A stretch of 64,000 nt of DNA from an uncultured delta proteobacterium (GCA_963730275.1 CAVSRI010000017.1:12600-76599), one strand, 5' to 3'. Positions 9,460 through 19,076 are shown, counted from the stretch's first letter. The notes: generated from the letters alone by a model not told the origin. Numbers and translations are program-made.

Positions 9460-10113
9460 ATGACACCAGCAACTCAGCAAGCTTTAAGCTCTCTAAGAGA
9501 TCTCACCATGCTTAAGTGGTATGTAATCCCTCTTCTGGCTTTTGTCTTTTACGTTTATACTAAGGAGATAAAGAAGGCACGCCAGAATAACAACTGGGAT
9601 GTTGTCCTGGCGGGCCTGACAATTTTCGGCGCCGATTTCTTCAATGAAACGTGGAACAGCTGGGTTATGTATCTAACCAAGCGTTCCGCGTTCTGGACAA
9701 CTCCGGGAGATACGGCGCTCCGGACTATGGTGGGGTGGAATATCGAAATAATGTTCATGTTCCTGCTTCTGGGCATTATCTACTACTACAGCCTTTCGAA
9801 GAGCAAGAAAGAGAAAATTCTCGGGATTCCGGAGATGTGGGCGGTGGCGATCGGCTACAGCGCTTTTTGCGTATTCATCGAATGCTTTTTGAATATCGGC
9901 GGACTCCTCGTCTGGGAATATCCTTTCTGGAACTTATCCTTTAAAGGCGTCTGGCTGATCTTTCTAATCGGCTACTTCCACTTCTTCTGCTGGGCTATCT
10001 TAGTGATCAGCTTAAAAAAGTTGAAAACTAAAATCATGACTGTGGGCATCATTTACGCTGTGCCGATTTTGATGAATATAGTCGCTATTGGATTCTTGGG
10101 CTGGAAATATTAA
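9460..10113 (+). CDS. Polytopic membrane protein of unknown function
   Basis: 217-aa ORF with GGAGG 6 nt before the ATG and about 6 hydrophobic segments. No recognisable motif. Confidence 0.6.
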   Translation: MTPATQQALSSLRDLTMLKWYVIPLLAFVFYVYTKEIKKARQNNNWDVVLAGLTIFGADFFNETWNSWVMYLTKRSAFWTTPGDTALRTMVGWNIEIMFMFLLLGIIYYYSLSKSKKEKILGIPEMWAVAIGYSAFCVFIECFLNIGGLLVWEYPFWNLSFKGVWLIFLIGYFHFFCWAILVISLKKLKTKIMTVGIIYAVPILMNIVAIGFLGWKY

Positions 10114-10652
10114 AGGCTGAGCCCGGAGTATTCTTCGACGACTTTATTGTATTTTTCGTGAATCATTTTGCGGTCGAATTCCCAAAATTCGGCCAGCATC
10201 TTTTCCTGCTCGTTTTTGTCGAAGTATTCCTGGCAGGGATAAAAGAAATGCTTGTCTTCTTTTTTGATATGCTTTGGGTAAAAATCGCCTAGCTGCCGTG
10301 CGAGATCTATTATCCCAGCAAGCTTTTCCTTGTCGCCTTGTAAGTATTTTTCTTTAGCCGCCACCAGCATTCCTGTCGTCTTACGGGCCCATATATGCTC
10401 GTCGAGGAGTTCTTGCATTGTTTTCTTTAGTTCCGGGGTAAGATTTTTCTGGGCTAAATCTCTAAAGAGAATTTGCTCTTCCTTTCCATGGTGGGTGCGA
10501 TCGGCGTAGGTACGGATAAAATCGACAGCTATATCTATTACCAGAGGATTAACTTTCCCGCTTTTTTCGGCTTGATCGATATGACGCATCACCGCACCGA
10601 GCATTTTTTCAATCAATCTATGTTCCCACATCAAGGGCCCAATTGGTTTCAT
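10110..10652 (-). CDS. Hemerythrin HHE cation-binding domain protein
   Basis: 180 aa. PIGPLMWEHRLIEK..., HHGKEEQILF and KHIKKEDKHFF are His/Glu-rich four-helix-bundle motifs typical of hemerythrin-like proteins. Confidence 0.8.
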   Translation of the reverse strand: MKPIGPLMWEHRLIEKMLGAVMRHIDQAEKSGKVNPLVIDIAVDFIRTYADRTHHGKEEQILFRDLAQKNLTPELKKTMQELLDEHIWARKTTGMLVAAKEKYLQGDKEKLAGIIDLARQLGDFYPKHIKKEDKHFFYPCQEYFDKNEQEKMLAEFWEFDRKMIHEKYNKVVEEYSGLSL

Positions 10653-10724
10653 AACCTCTCCTCCTTTTTTGATTACTACTTATAGCACAAATCAGGTCAA
10701 TAGCCAAAAGCAATGCTCATCTCA

Positions 10725-10753
10725 AATAATTGTTGCAACTCTGTTGCATTATT
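10725..10753. promoter_or_regulatory. Imperfect palindrome, candidate Fur/Zur operator upstream of the zur-znu operon
   Basis: AATAATTGTTGCAACTCTGTTGCATTATT lies 15 nt before the Fur-family gene. The arms AATAAT.G..GCAA and TTGC.ATTATT are inverted repeats, AT-rich like Fur-family boxes. Confidence 0.3.
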
Positions 10754-10767
10754 GATAAAGACCGACC

Positions 10768-11238
10768 ATGAATATGAATAAAAAATATAAAAATGCCTTG
10801 TTTACTTTGCAAAATGCCGGACTTTCCAAAACACCGCAGCGTATTGCTGTTTTAACCTTATTGCTCAAAGCAACAACGCCTTTAAGTGTACGCGATATAA
10901 GTCAAACACTTACGGCCAAAGCACGCATTGATAGAGTGACGATTTACCGTATTCTGTCGCTCTTTAAACAACATGGTATTGCCAGGGAAATAGCTTCGTC
11001 CGGCGGCACTAATTATTTTGAAATGGCTTCCCTGGAAAATCCCGTGCATCCTCATTTTAACTGCCGGAGCTGTGGAGAGTTGAGCTGTATGGAACCCCTG
11101 ACTTTCTCCCAGGCTCGCCAGCTAATTTCGTCCAAAGATGATTACAGCATTGACCATATTGAAATCAATATATCCGGCCTTTGCGCCGGATGCAAAAATG
11201 CAACCAAGTTGCAAAAACAGCAAACGAAACAAGGGTGA
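10768..11238 (+). CDS. zur: Fur-family metalloregulator, probably Zur
   Basis: 156 aa. wHTH (TPQRIAVLTLL...VRDISQTL...IDRVTIYRILSLFKQHGI), CxxC pairs (CRSCG, CAGC), and a position at the head of a ZnuACB-type transporter operon. Confidence 0.75.
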   Translation: MNMNKKYKNALFTLQNAGLSKTPQRIAVLTLLLKATTPLSVRDISQTLTAKARIDRVTIYRILSLFKQHGIAREIASSGGTNYFEMASLENPVHPHFNCRSCGELSCMEPLTFSQARQLISSKDDYSIDHIEINISGLCAGCKNATKLQKQQTKQG

Positions 11239-11243
11239 AGATT

Positions 11244-12173
11244 ATGTCTTCAAAAAATATATTTGTTTTTCTTCTTCTCGTTTCATCAATTATTTTATTC
11301 TCTCAGCCCGCGACTGAAGCAGGCGCAGCAAATAATAAATTGAAGGTCATGGCCACGATTTTTCCTCTTTATGATTTCGCCCGGATTATCGGCGGAGACA
11401 AAATCGACCTAAGCATGATTTTGCCGCCGGCAACCGACGCTCACCATTACGAACTCAAGCCCGATGATATAATTAAGGTATCTAAAAGCGATATTTTCCT
11501 TTTCACCAACTTTGAAATGGAACAATGGGCTTATAGAATCATTCAGGGATCGGCGGGAAATACAAATATGTTGGCGGTGGAAACCGGCGCCGGCGTTTTC
11601 TTACTGCCGCTTAATGAAGAAGATCAGGAAAATAAGGATTATAAATTCGATCCGCACATCTGGCTGGATTTGGATAATGCTCAAAAAATTGTGGATAATA
11701 TTGCCAAGTCCTTTGTCCATAAGGATCAGCGCAACAGCGACTATTATTTAAAAAACGCCGCTCAATACAAATTGAAATTGGCTGCTCTGGATCGAAGATA
11801 TAACTCTGAACTGGCCAAATGCCGGAACAAAACAATTTTGCATGCCGGACATTGGGCTTTTGCCTATTTGGCCAAAAAATATAACTTAAAATATATTGCG
11901 GCTTATAATTCATCGACCGAATCCGAACCTCTGCCTCAAAATATTTTTACTCTGATCGAACAAATAAAAAAACAAAAGATACGTTACCTTTATTATGAAG
12001 ACCTGACTGCTCCACGCCTGGCGCAAACGATTGCTAAAGAAACAGGTGCGAGTTTGCTCCAACTCTACAACGGCCACGATATAAGCAAGAATGATATCAA
12101 AAGAGGGGTATCTTTCCTTATGTTGATGGAGGAGAATTTAAAAAATTTAAAAAAGGGATTGTTATGTCCGTAA
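11244..12173 (+). CDS. znuA: Metal (Zn/Mn) ABC transporter substrate-binding protein, ZnuA/TroA family
   Basis: The ORF-track frame starts at 11181, but the ATG at 11244 gives a signal peptide (MSSKNIFVFLLLVSSIILFS). Family blocks: KVMATIFPLYDFARIIGG, DAHHYELKP, DPHIWLD. Confidence 0.8.
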   Translation: MSSKNIFVFLLLVSSIILFSQPATEAGAANNKLKVMATIFPLYDFARIIGGDKIDLSMILPPATDAHHYELKPDDIIKVSKSDIFLFTNFEMEQWAYRIIQGSAGNTNMLAVETGAGVFLLPLNEEDQENKDYKFDPHIWLDLDNAQKIVDNIAKSFVHKDQRNSDYYLKNAAQYKLKLAALDRRYNSELAKCRNKTILHAGHWAFAYLAKKYNLKYIAAYNSSTESEPLPQNIFTLIEQIKKQKIRYLYYEDLTAPRLAQTIAKETGASLLQLYNGHDISKNDIKRGVSFLMLMEENLKNLKKGLLCP

Positions 12174-12907
12174 ACTTGATCAGCACCGAAAATCTGACTT
12201 TCTGTTTCAACGGAGTGGAGGTCCTTAGCAATATTTCCCTGACCGTAAAAAAAGGCGATTATATGGGCATTGTAGGACCAAATGGTTCAGGAAAAAGTAC
12301 TCTGATTAAAAACATTCTGGGCATTTTGCAGCCGCAGAAAGGCTCTATCAGTCTTTTCGGCCAGCCGCTTTCTTCTTTTCGCGAGTGGAATAAAATCGGT
12401 TATCTGCCCCAGAAGTTAAGTGCCTTAAACACCCATTTTCCCGGCAATGTTGAAGAAATAGTCCAGCTGGGGCTGCGGAATAAAAACGCGCAGAATTTGG
12501 AACAGGTTCTTCAGCTCATGGGAATTAAGCATCTTTCTTCCCGCCTGATCGGCGAGCTCTCTTACGGCGAACAGCAGCGGGTAATGCTGGCGCATGCACT
12601 GGTCAGCCGGCCGGAACTGCTTGTCTTCGATGAGCCGACAACCGCTCTTGATCCCGAAACAAGGGATATTTTTTACTCGCTCACTCACGAATTGAATCGC
12701 GCTCACGGCACAACTATCGTTCTTATTACTCATGATATAGGGAGCATCGGTAAATATGCCCGAAATCTTCTCTATCTCGATAAGAAAGTAATTTTTGCGG
12801 GAACATTTGAAGATTTTTGCACTTCACCGGATATGACCGGACTTTTCGGGCCAATGAGTCAACACATCATCTGCCACCAGCATAATGCATTGGAGAGTAA
12901 TCCATGA
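12164..12907 (+). CDS. znuC: Metal ABC transporter ATP-binding protein
   Basis: 247 aa. Walker A GPNGSGKST, signature LSYGEQQRV, Walker B LLVFDEPT. Overlaps znuA and znuB. Confidence 0.85.
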   Translation: MSVNLISTENLTFCFNGVEVLSNISLTVKKGDYMGIVGPNGSGKSTLIKNILGILQPQKGSISLFGQPLSSFREWNKIGYLPQKLSALNTHFPGNVEEIVQLGLRNKNAQNLEQVLQLMGIKHLSSRLIGELSYGEQQRVMLAHALVSRPELLVFDEPTTALDPETRDIFYSLTHELNRAHGTTIVLITHDIGSIGKYARNLLYLDKKVIFAGTFEDFCTSPDMTGLFGPMSQHIICHQHNALESNP

Positions 12908-13734
12908 TCGGGCTGGGGGAAATATTCAAATATGAATTCGTTCAGCGAGCTTTGCTTGCCGGTGTGCTCATTGCCGCCGTTTCTTCCGTGTTGGGAGTAT
13001 TTCTCGTCTTGCGCCGCCTTTCCCTAATTGGCGACGGACTAGCGCATATTACCTTTGGCAGTGTAGCGGTAGTATTATTAATTGGATTCAGCCCTCTTTA
13101 TGTTACCGTGGCCGCTCTGCCTTTGGTTATGCTTTCATCTCTGGCCATACTTCAACTGACTCGCTATAAGCGCATTCACGGTGATGCGGCCATTGGTATC
13201 ATCTCTTCCGTGGGAATTGCCACAGGCATAATTCTGGCCAGTCTCTCGGGAGGCTATAATGTCGATTTATTAAGCTACCTCTTTGGCAACATTCTCACGG
13301 TAACTCAAACAGAGCTTTTGCTGTCTTTTATTGTTTTTATAGTTGTAGTTGGCACTGTTATTTTTTTCTATAATGACCTGTTTGCAGTTACTTTTGACGA
13401 AGAGCTGGCCAAAAGCATGGGTATTAAGACAAAAAGAATCAATATCATTCTTTTATTATTGACTGCCGTAGCCGCTGTTTTAGCGATGAAAGTTACCGGT
13501 ATAATGCTGGTTTCGGCATTGCTGATTATTCCCCCGCTTACGGCGTTGCAGCTATCTTTCAGCTTTAAAACGACTATTATTATCTCGGCCGCTATTTCCA
13601 TCTTCTCGGTAATTAATGGCATAATATTTTCTTTTCTATTGAACTTGCCGGCAGGAGGAACTATAGTAATTTTCAATATAGCTTTCCTTTTGATTATTTT
13701 TGGAGTTAAAAAAATCTTGCATTCTCAGAGGTAA
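12904..13734 (+). CDS. znuB: Metal ABC transporter permease
   Basis: 276 aa and highly hydrophobic, with ABC-3 family organisation. 4-nt overlap with znuC. Confidence 0.85.
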   Translation: MIGLGEIFKYEFVQRALLAGVLIAAVSSVLGVFLVLRRLSLIGDGLAHITFGSVAVVLLIGFSPLYVTVAALPLVMLSSLAILQLTRYKRIHGDAAIGIISSVGIATGIILASLSGGYNVDLLSYLFGNILTVTQTELLLSFIVFIVVVGTVIFFYNDLFAVTFDEELAKSMGIKTKRINIILLLLTAVAAVLAMKVTGIMLVSALLIIPPLTALQLSFSFKTTIIISAAISIFSVINGIIFSFLLNLPAGGTIVIFNIAFLLIIFGVKKILHSQR

Positions 13735-13738
13735 AAAA

Positions 13739-14695
13739 ATGGCTCGATTCAAATATCTTGTTTTTTCCCGCTCTGCATATTTTCTTTCCCACTTCACATA
13801 TCTTCTTTCCCGCTCTAACATACTTTTTCTCGCGTCTCTGCTTTGCGGTTTTGTTTTACCCCAGGCAAATGTAGTCGCCGCCGCCCTGACTTTGCCCGCG
13901 CTGACTGTCATTCTGACAATTACACCTTTGAAAATTCCGCCCGGCTTTTTCCGTCGATCTAAAAAACTCGCATCTCCTGCTCTCCGGGGTAATGTAATCA
14001 ACTATCTCCTTTGGGGAAATTTTATAATTCTGACCGGTATTTTTTTTATTCTTGACGAAAACCTTTGGATCGGCATGGTGTTGATCGCCGCCGCACCGCC
14101 GGCACTTGCCGTAATACCGTTAAGCAACTTATTTAAAGCTGACACAACTTCATCAATCGCCGGTCTCGCCGGCACTTATTTGGGTGCCCTGCTAATCGCT
14201 CCATTAATCGTTTTAGGTTTTATTAAAGATGCTCCCTTTGATTATTGGACATGTATCTTCCTCACGGTCGAATTAATTGTATTGCCGCTCGTCGTTTCTC
14301 GAATTGCCGTAGAAAAAGAATGGGATAAACTTATTGAACCATATGAAAATATAATAACCGATTGCTGCCTGTTTATTGTGTTTTATTCCCTGACAGCAAA
14401 CGGAAGGGATATGCTTTTGAATTGGCCGAACGACCTTTCTTCCGTCGCTTTCATTGCTGTTATAGGCATTTTTTTGATCGCTCTGGCAATTGAGAAAATA
14501 GGAGAACTTTTTCATGTCGCTGAAAAGAAGATTACTTCTCTTCTTCTTCTGGGAACTATGAAAAATTATGGGCTCTCCGGCGGTATAGCGCTTATTATCT
14601 TTAGTCGGGAAGCCGCTCTTCCTTCATTAGTATTCGCTATCATCACTTTCTTTTATATAAATTGGCTCAAATATAAATATAAAGTGAACACATGA
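13739..14695 (+). CDS. Polytopic membrane transporter-like protein (BASS/AEC-like, weak)
   Basis: The ORF-track frame starts at 13700; the ATG at 13739 (MARFKYLVF) follows the znuB stop. About 9-10 TM segments. AAAPPALAVIP and GTMKNYGLSGGIAL resemble bile-acid:Na+ symporter / auxin-efflux-carrier folds. Confidence 0.55.
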   Translation: MARFKYLVFSRSAYFLSHFTYLLSRSNILFLASLLCGFVLPQANVVAAALTLPALTVILTITPLKIPPGFFRRSKKLASPALRGNVINYLLWGNFIILTGIFFILDENLWIGMVLIAAAPPALAVIPLSNLFKADTTSSIAGLAGTYLGALLIAPLIVLGFIKDAPFDYWTCIFLTVELIVLPLVVSRIAVEKEWDKLIEPYENIITDCCLFIVFYSLTANGRDMLLNWPNDLSSVAFIAVIGIFLIALAIEKIGELFHVAEKKITSLLLLGTMKNYGLSGGIALIIFSREAALPSLVFAIITFFYINWLKYKYKVNT

Positions 14696-14756
14696 GTCTA
14701 TAGGTTTACGTAATGGGTCTTCTCATCCCGATAGCCTCTGATACCCTCCGCCTATG

Positions 14757-14832
14757 GCGGGATCAATTCGGCTAGCAAATTTAAAACTCTCCTCAATAAT
14801 CCTTAGAGAACCTTTAAATTTGAGCCTCATTG
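14757..14832 (+). repeat. Rep-A hairpin repeat, copy 1
   Basis: The layout is GCGGGATCAATTCGGCTAGC, then stem AAATTTAAA, a 27-nt loop, stem TTTAAATTT, then tail GAGCCTCATT. The same architecture occurs at 19077, 34767 (inverted), 37057 and 42040. Confidence 0.7.
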
Positions 14833-14857
14833 ACAAAGTAAAATTACGCCTTATATT
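14830..14857 (+). promoter_or_regulatory. Sigma70-like promoter of sodB
   Basis: TTGACA (14830-14835), 16-nt spacer, TATATT (14852-14857). AAGGAGA RBS precedes the ATG at 14885. Confidence 0.45.
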
Positions 14858-14884
14858 TAAAGAACAAAGAAAGGAGAACGAAAT

Positions 14885-15478
14885 ATGGCTATAAATTTAC
14901 CAAACCTGCCTTACGGGAAAGACGCATTAGCGCCTTATATCAGCCCCAATACTTTGGATTTCCACTATGGCAAACATCACAAAGCTTATGTGGATAACTT
15001 AAACAAGCTGATTGCCGGCACCGACCTTCAAGAAAAACCACTGGAAGAAATTATTAAGATCGCGGCCAAAGATCCGGCCAAGGCCGGCATCTTCAACAAT
15101 GCAGCCCAGGTCTGGAATCATTCTTTCTACTGGCAATGCCTGAAAAAATCAGGCGGGGGCACACCTACCGGAAAAATCGCCACCCAGATAAACGCTGTCT
15201 GGGGAAACCATGATAAATTTGCCGAAGAATTGAAAAATGCCGGAGTCACTCAATTTGGCAGCGGCTGGGCCTGGCTGGTTTTGGAGGGAAAGCAGTTAAA
15301 AATAACAAAAACAGCCAATGCTGATACTCCCATTGCCCATGACCAGAAACCGCTCCTGACTATCGATGTCTGGGAACATGCCTATTATCTCGATTATCAA
15401 AACAGAAGACCGGATTATCTTTCTGCTGTCATTCAAAATTTGATTAATTGGGATTTTGTTAACGGAAACTTGGGCTAA
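14885..15478 (+). CDS. sodB: Iron superoxide dismutase
   Basis: 197 aa. LPYGKDALAPYIS, FHYGKHH, FNNAAQVWNHSFYW (Fe-type signature) and DVWEHAYYLDYQNRRPDY. Confidence 0.9.
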   Translation: MAINLPNLPYGKDALAPYISPNTLDFHYGKHHKAYVDNLNKLIAGTDLQEKPLEEIIKIAAKDPAKAGIFNNAAQVWNHSFYWQCLKKSGGGTPTGKIATQINAVWGNHDKFAEELKNAGVTQFGSGWAWLVLEGKQLKITKTANADTPIAHDQKPLLTIDVWEHAYYLDYQNRRPDYLSAVIQNLINWDFVNGNLG

Positions 15479-15506
15479 TTTGATTAAACAATGGCAATTA
15501 ATGATG

Positions 15507-15540
15507 AAAAGGGGACTTTATTTACGTCCCCTTTTTTTAT
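15507..15540. terminator. Bidirectional rho-independent terminator between sodB and ihfB
   Basis: AAAAGGGGAC-tttatttac-GTCCCCTTTTTTT: a GC stem flanked by an A-run and a T-run, between convergent genes. Confidence 0.75.
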
Positions 15541-15563
15541 TTTATATAAGCAGGCAAGGATTG

Positions 15564-15845
15564 CTATTTTTTCCTATCAACTCTATCCTTTAATTCTTTT
15601 CCCACTTTAAAGAAGGGTAATTTTTTGGGTTCAACTTGAATCTTAGCGCCCGTTTTAGGATTTCTTCCCGTGTAAGCGCCATACTTCTTCACTACAAAAC
15701 TGCCAAAACCTCTGATTTCAATACGGCCGCCTTTTTTTAGCTCATCGGTAAAACCTTTGAAAACAAGATTGACAACGTCAATTGCTTTCTTTTCGGTTAA
15801 ATTGAGCTTAGTACTCAAAGATTCGATTAGATCGGATTTGTTCAT
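15564..15845 (-). CDS. ihfB: Integration host factor beta subunit (HU/IHF family)
   Basis: 93 aa. GGRIEIRGFGSF...GRNPKTGAKIQVEPKKLPFFKVGKELKDRV matches the IhfB-type arm (RIEIRGFGSF as in E. coli IhfB). Confidence 0.8.
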   Translation of the reverse strand: MNKSDLIESLSTKLNLTEKKAIDVVNLVFKGFTDELKKGGRIEIRGFGSFVVKKYGAYTGRNPKTGAKIQVEPKKLPFFKVGKELKDRVDRKK

Positions 15846-15964
15846 AGAGCCTCCTTAAATCTGTTTACAATCCCGTATCACCTGATGATAATATATGTTT
15901 GTTTCTACACGCTTATACGATGCTTAAAGTTATTATTTATTTTATGACGAATGTCAAGAAAATT

Positions 15965-16696
15965 TTACTCGTTCTTATTTAACGCATAATTAAGCAGACA
16001 GGTTATTTCTTTTTTCGTCAAGTACCGCCAGGAACCTTCCTTCAGACTTCCCAGTTTAATGTCGCCGACGGCTTCCCGCACCAGACGTGTTACCCGATAA
16101 GAACTCGCTTCAAAACCTCTTCTTATTATTCTATTTTTCCCCTCTTTCAGCGTCAGCCGCAACCAACAACTACGGTCATTGATCTTTCCCCTTTGGATAT
16201 TTTCCGGTTTAAAGACGCCGTCAGGCAATTTAATGCCTCTGCTTAATTTATTCAATTCTTCTTTGGTTAGATGTCCCTGAATCTTGACCCGGTAAACTTT
16301 GGGTATCTGAAAGCGGGGATGCTGAATTTTTTGTGCGAAATCACCGTCATTAGTCAAAAGCAAGAGTCCTGCGGAACCGTAATCAAGCCTTCCTACCGGA
16401 TAAACCCTTTCCGGCACTGTGCTTAGCAAATCCATAACCGTCGGCCGCCTTTGAGGATCACTCATGGTAGTAACGAATCCGGCCGGTTTATTTAAAACAA
16501 TATATAAATTTGTTTTTTCGACAGAAATAATTTTACCATCAATCCGAATAATATTTTTTTCGGCATCGGCTTTCAGCCCCAACTCGTTTACTATTATGCC
16601 ATCGATACTTACCCGCCCGGCAGTTATCAATTTTTCCGCGTGACGCCGTGAGGCAATTCCGGCAGCGGAAATAATCTTTTGCAGACGCTCTTTCAT
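15965..16696 (-). CDS. rluB: Pseudouridine synthase, RluB/RsuA family (S4 domain plus catalytic domain)
   Basis: 243 aa. N-terminal S4 domain (RLQKIISAAGIASRRHAEKLI..GRVSIDG) and catalytic VGRLDYGSAGLLLLTNDGDF. Confidence 0.85.
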   Translation of the reverse strand: MKERLQKIISAAGIASRRHAEKLITAGRVSIDGIIVNELGLKADAEKNIIRIDGKIISVEKTNLYIVLNKPAGFVTTMSDPQRRPTVMDLLSTVPERVYPVGRLDYGSAGLLLLTNDGDFAQKIQHPRFQIPKVYRVKIQGHLTKEELNKLSRGIKLPDGVFKPENIQRGKINDRSCWLRLTLKEGKNRIIRRGFEASSYRVTRLVREAVGDIKLGSLKEGSWRYLTKKEITCLLNYALNKNE

Positions 16697-17247
16697 GTGT
16701 CGGAATAATCTTCGTTGGGTTCCTGCTGCTCGTGAAGTTCTTTCAATTCCCGTAAAGTAGGCAGCTCCGCGAGATCTTTCAAGTTAAATACTTCCAGAAA
16801 CTTTTTTGTCGTTCCGTAAATAATGGGCTTGCCGGGCACATCTTTTCGCCCGACAATGCGCACGAGCTTCTTTTCCAAAAGATTCTTAAGCTGATAACCT
16901 ACATCCACACCGCGAATACTTTCAATCTCCGATTTGACAATCGGCTGCCTGTAAGCAATAATCGCCAAAGTTTCCAGAGCCGCGGGCGATAACGAAGCAG
17001 GTTTTGTGCTTTTTAACTTTTTTACCCAACCGCCCAATTCCGGTCTCGTCCGAAATTGCAGGCCGCCGGCAACTTCCTGCAAACAAATCCCACCCTGTCT
17101 TTCTTTATATTCCTCAATTAGCTCACCGACGGCTTCATTGATCAACGTTTTTTCTGTTTCCGGAAGAACCGCATAAATCTTTTCCAATATCAACGGCGCT
17201 TCGGAAGCTAAAATAAGGGCTTCAATTATAGATTTAATACTTTCCAT
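16693..17247 (-). CDS. scpB: Segregation and condensation protein B
   Basis: 184 aa. IEALILASEAPL, LSPAALETLAIIAYRQPI.K.EIE.IRGVD. Abuts scpA and overlaps rluB. Confidence 0.85.
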   Translation of the reverse strand: MESIKSIIEALILASEAPLILEKIYAVLPETEKTLINEAVGELIEEYKERQGGICLQEVAGGLQFRTRPELGGWVKKLKSTKPASLSPAALETLAIIAYRQPIVKSEIESIRGVDVGYQLKNLLEKKLVRIVGRKDVPGKPIIYGTTKKFLEVFNLKDLAELPTLRELKELHEQQEPNEDYSDT

Positions 17248-17997
17248 TTAGGACTCCACAGCCGGAAATATCCGGATCACGCCAAAAGCCGAAGTTTGAT
17301 AAGCTTTCACCATTCTGAGTTTTACCAATTCCAACAATGCTAAAAAAGTGTAAATGATGCGCCAGCGCTCTTTTTTCTCCCCCAGCAGTTCAGCAAAAGT
17401 CATGTTTTTTTCTTTCGCTAGCCGTTCCATGATATCGTTAATTATATCCGTAAGCGACATCTTTTCCAGATCAATTTCCAGAAGCTCTTTCTTGTCGATG
17501 CGGGATACAAGGCGATGGAAAGCTTCTATCAGTTCGAAAATACTTACTTCAATAAGTTCTTCTTCAGCTACAGTTGATTTTTCAGATTCTTCCGACAAAA
17601 AGGCTGCCCGGGTAAACACGTCCCTTTCCAAAATCGGCCTTTCTCCCAAATTAGTCGCCGCTTCTTTAAACGCTTGATATTCCAAAAGCTGCCTGACCAA
17701 TTCCGCGCGGGGGTCTTCTTCCTCTTCTTCTTCCGGCTCCTCCGGCTCGGGCAAAAGCATCTTGGATTTTATATGAATGAGCGTCGAGGCCATGACCAAA
17801 TACTCACCGGCTAAATCGAGGTTGAGTAATTTGATCATTTTGAGATACTGAAGATACTGTTCCGTAATCAAGGCTACGGGGATGTTGTAGATATCAATTT
17901 CGTTTTTCTTAATCAAATACAAAAGCAGGTCGAGAGGACCTTCGAAAATATCGAGCTTAATGGCATAACCTGTCGTCTGTTCTTCATTCATAAACAT
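17248..17997 (-). CDS. scpA: Segregation and condensation protein A
   Basis: 249 aa. FEGPLDLLLYLIKKNEIDIYNIPVALITEQYLQYL, an acidic EEPEEEEEED linker, and a C-terminal winged helix. Confidence 0.85.
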   Translation of the reverse strand: MFMNEEQTTGYAIKLDIFEGPLDLLLYLIKKNEIDIYNIPVALITEQYLQYLKMIKLLNLDLAGEYLVMASTLIHIKSKMLLPEPEEPEEEEEEDPRAELVRQLLEYQAFKEAATNLGERPILERDVFTRAAFLSEESEKSTVAEEELIEVSIFELIEAFHRLVSRIDKKELLEIDLEKMSLTDIINDIMERLAKEKNMTFAELLGEKKERWRIIYTFLALLELVKLRMVKAYQTSAFGVIRIFPAVES

Positions 17998-18006
17998 GCA
18001 GCTGAA

Positions 18007-18996
18007 TCAGATTTTAACCGCGGCACGGACTTCATTCATTGTTTGACGCGCTATTTTTGCCGCTTTTTTATTGCCTTCTTCTATAACCGAGTTAATTTCA
18101 TCCGGATGATTCACATAATAATCCATCCGCGCGTGAATAGGCTGCATCGCTTCGGCAATACGCCGGGCCAGCATTTTTTTGCAATCGGTGCAACCTATAG
18201 ACGCTTTCCTGCAGCCTGTATCGATTTCTTTTATGGTTTCAGCTTCCGAATACAAACCATGAAACGTGAAGACATTGCATATTTCCGGATTGCCCGGGTC
18301 GCTTTTTTTCACGCGTTGAGGATCGGTAAACATGGAAGAAATCTTCTGCTGTAACTCTTTGCCACGATCACTAATATAAATTGAATTCTCATACGACTTA
18401 CTCATTTTTCTTCCGTCAATACCCAGAAGCTTCGGCACGCTGGTCAATAAAGGTTCCGGAATCGGAAAAATTTCTTTATACAAAAAATTAAAGCGCCGGG
18501 CAATCTCGCGGGTAAGTTCTATGTGGGGCAGTTGGTCAACCCCGACAGGAACACCATAAGCTTTATACATGATAATGTCTGCGGCTTGCAGCACGGGATA
18601 ACCCAAAAAGCCGAAAGTGGATAAATCCTTATTGGCCAGTTCGGCTTTCATTTCCTTGTAAGTAGGATTACGCTCCAGCCAAGCCAGCGGAGTAATCATC
18701 GAAAGCAGAAGGAAAAGCTCGGCATGCTCTTTAATCGCCGATTGCACAAAGAGAGTACTTTTCTGAGGATCAAGACCGACGCTGAGCCAGTCGATCACCA
18801 TGCTGACTATATTAGCCTTGATTTCCTCCGTAGAGTTGTATTCGCTGGTAAAGGCATGCCAATCGGCAACAAAATAAAAACAATCATACTTGCCGCTTTC
18901 CTGCAATTCAATCCAGTTTCCCAAGGCCCCGTGTAAATTGCCTAAATGCAGTTTTCCGGTAGGCCGCATTCCGCTGAGAATTCTTTTGAGTGCCAA
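18007..18996 (-). CDS. trpS: Tryptophan--tRNA ligase
   Basis: 329 aa. Class I HIGH-type GKLHLGNLHG, KMSKS, and GYPVLQAADI. Confidence 0.9.
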   Translation of the reverse strand: MALKRILSGMRPTGKLHLGNLHGALGNWIELQESGKYDCFYFVADWHAFTSEYNSTEEIKANIVSMVIDWLSVGLDPQKSTLFVQSAIKEHAELFLLLSMITPLAWLERNPTYKEMKAELANKDLSTFGFLGYPVLQAADIIMYKAYGVPVGVDQLPHIELTREIARRFNFLYKEIFPIPEPLLTSVPKLLGIDGRKMSKSYENSIYISDRGKELQQKISSMFTDPQRVKKSDPGNPEICNVFTFHGLYSEAETIKEIDTGCRKASIGCTDCKKMLARRIAEAMQPIHARMDYYVNHPDEINSVIEEGNKKAAKIARQTMNEVRAAVKI

Positions 18997-19076
18997 AACA
19001 AAACTCCTTATGATTATTATCCGCCATCACAGGTATTCGATACCTACTTTGCGGGACAGTCCCGCTGAACTTCGTT

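Noticed and set aside
14757-14832. Rep-A hairpins as integron attC sites or gene-cassette boundaries.
   Set aside because: The stem ends do not fit the RYYYAAC / GTTRRRY core sites. No integron integrase is present, and the flanking genes are ordinary housekeeping genes.
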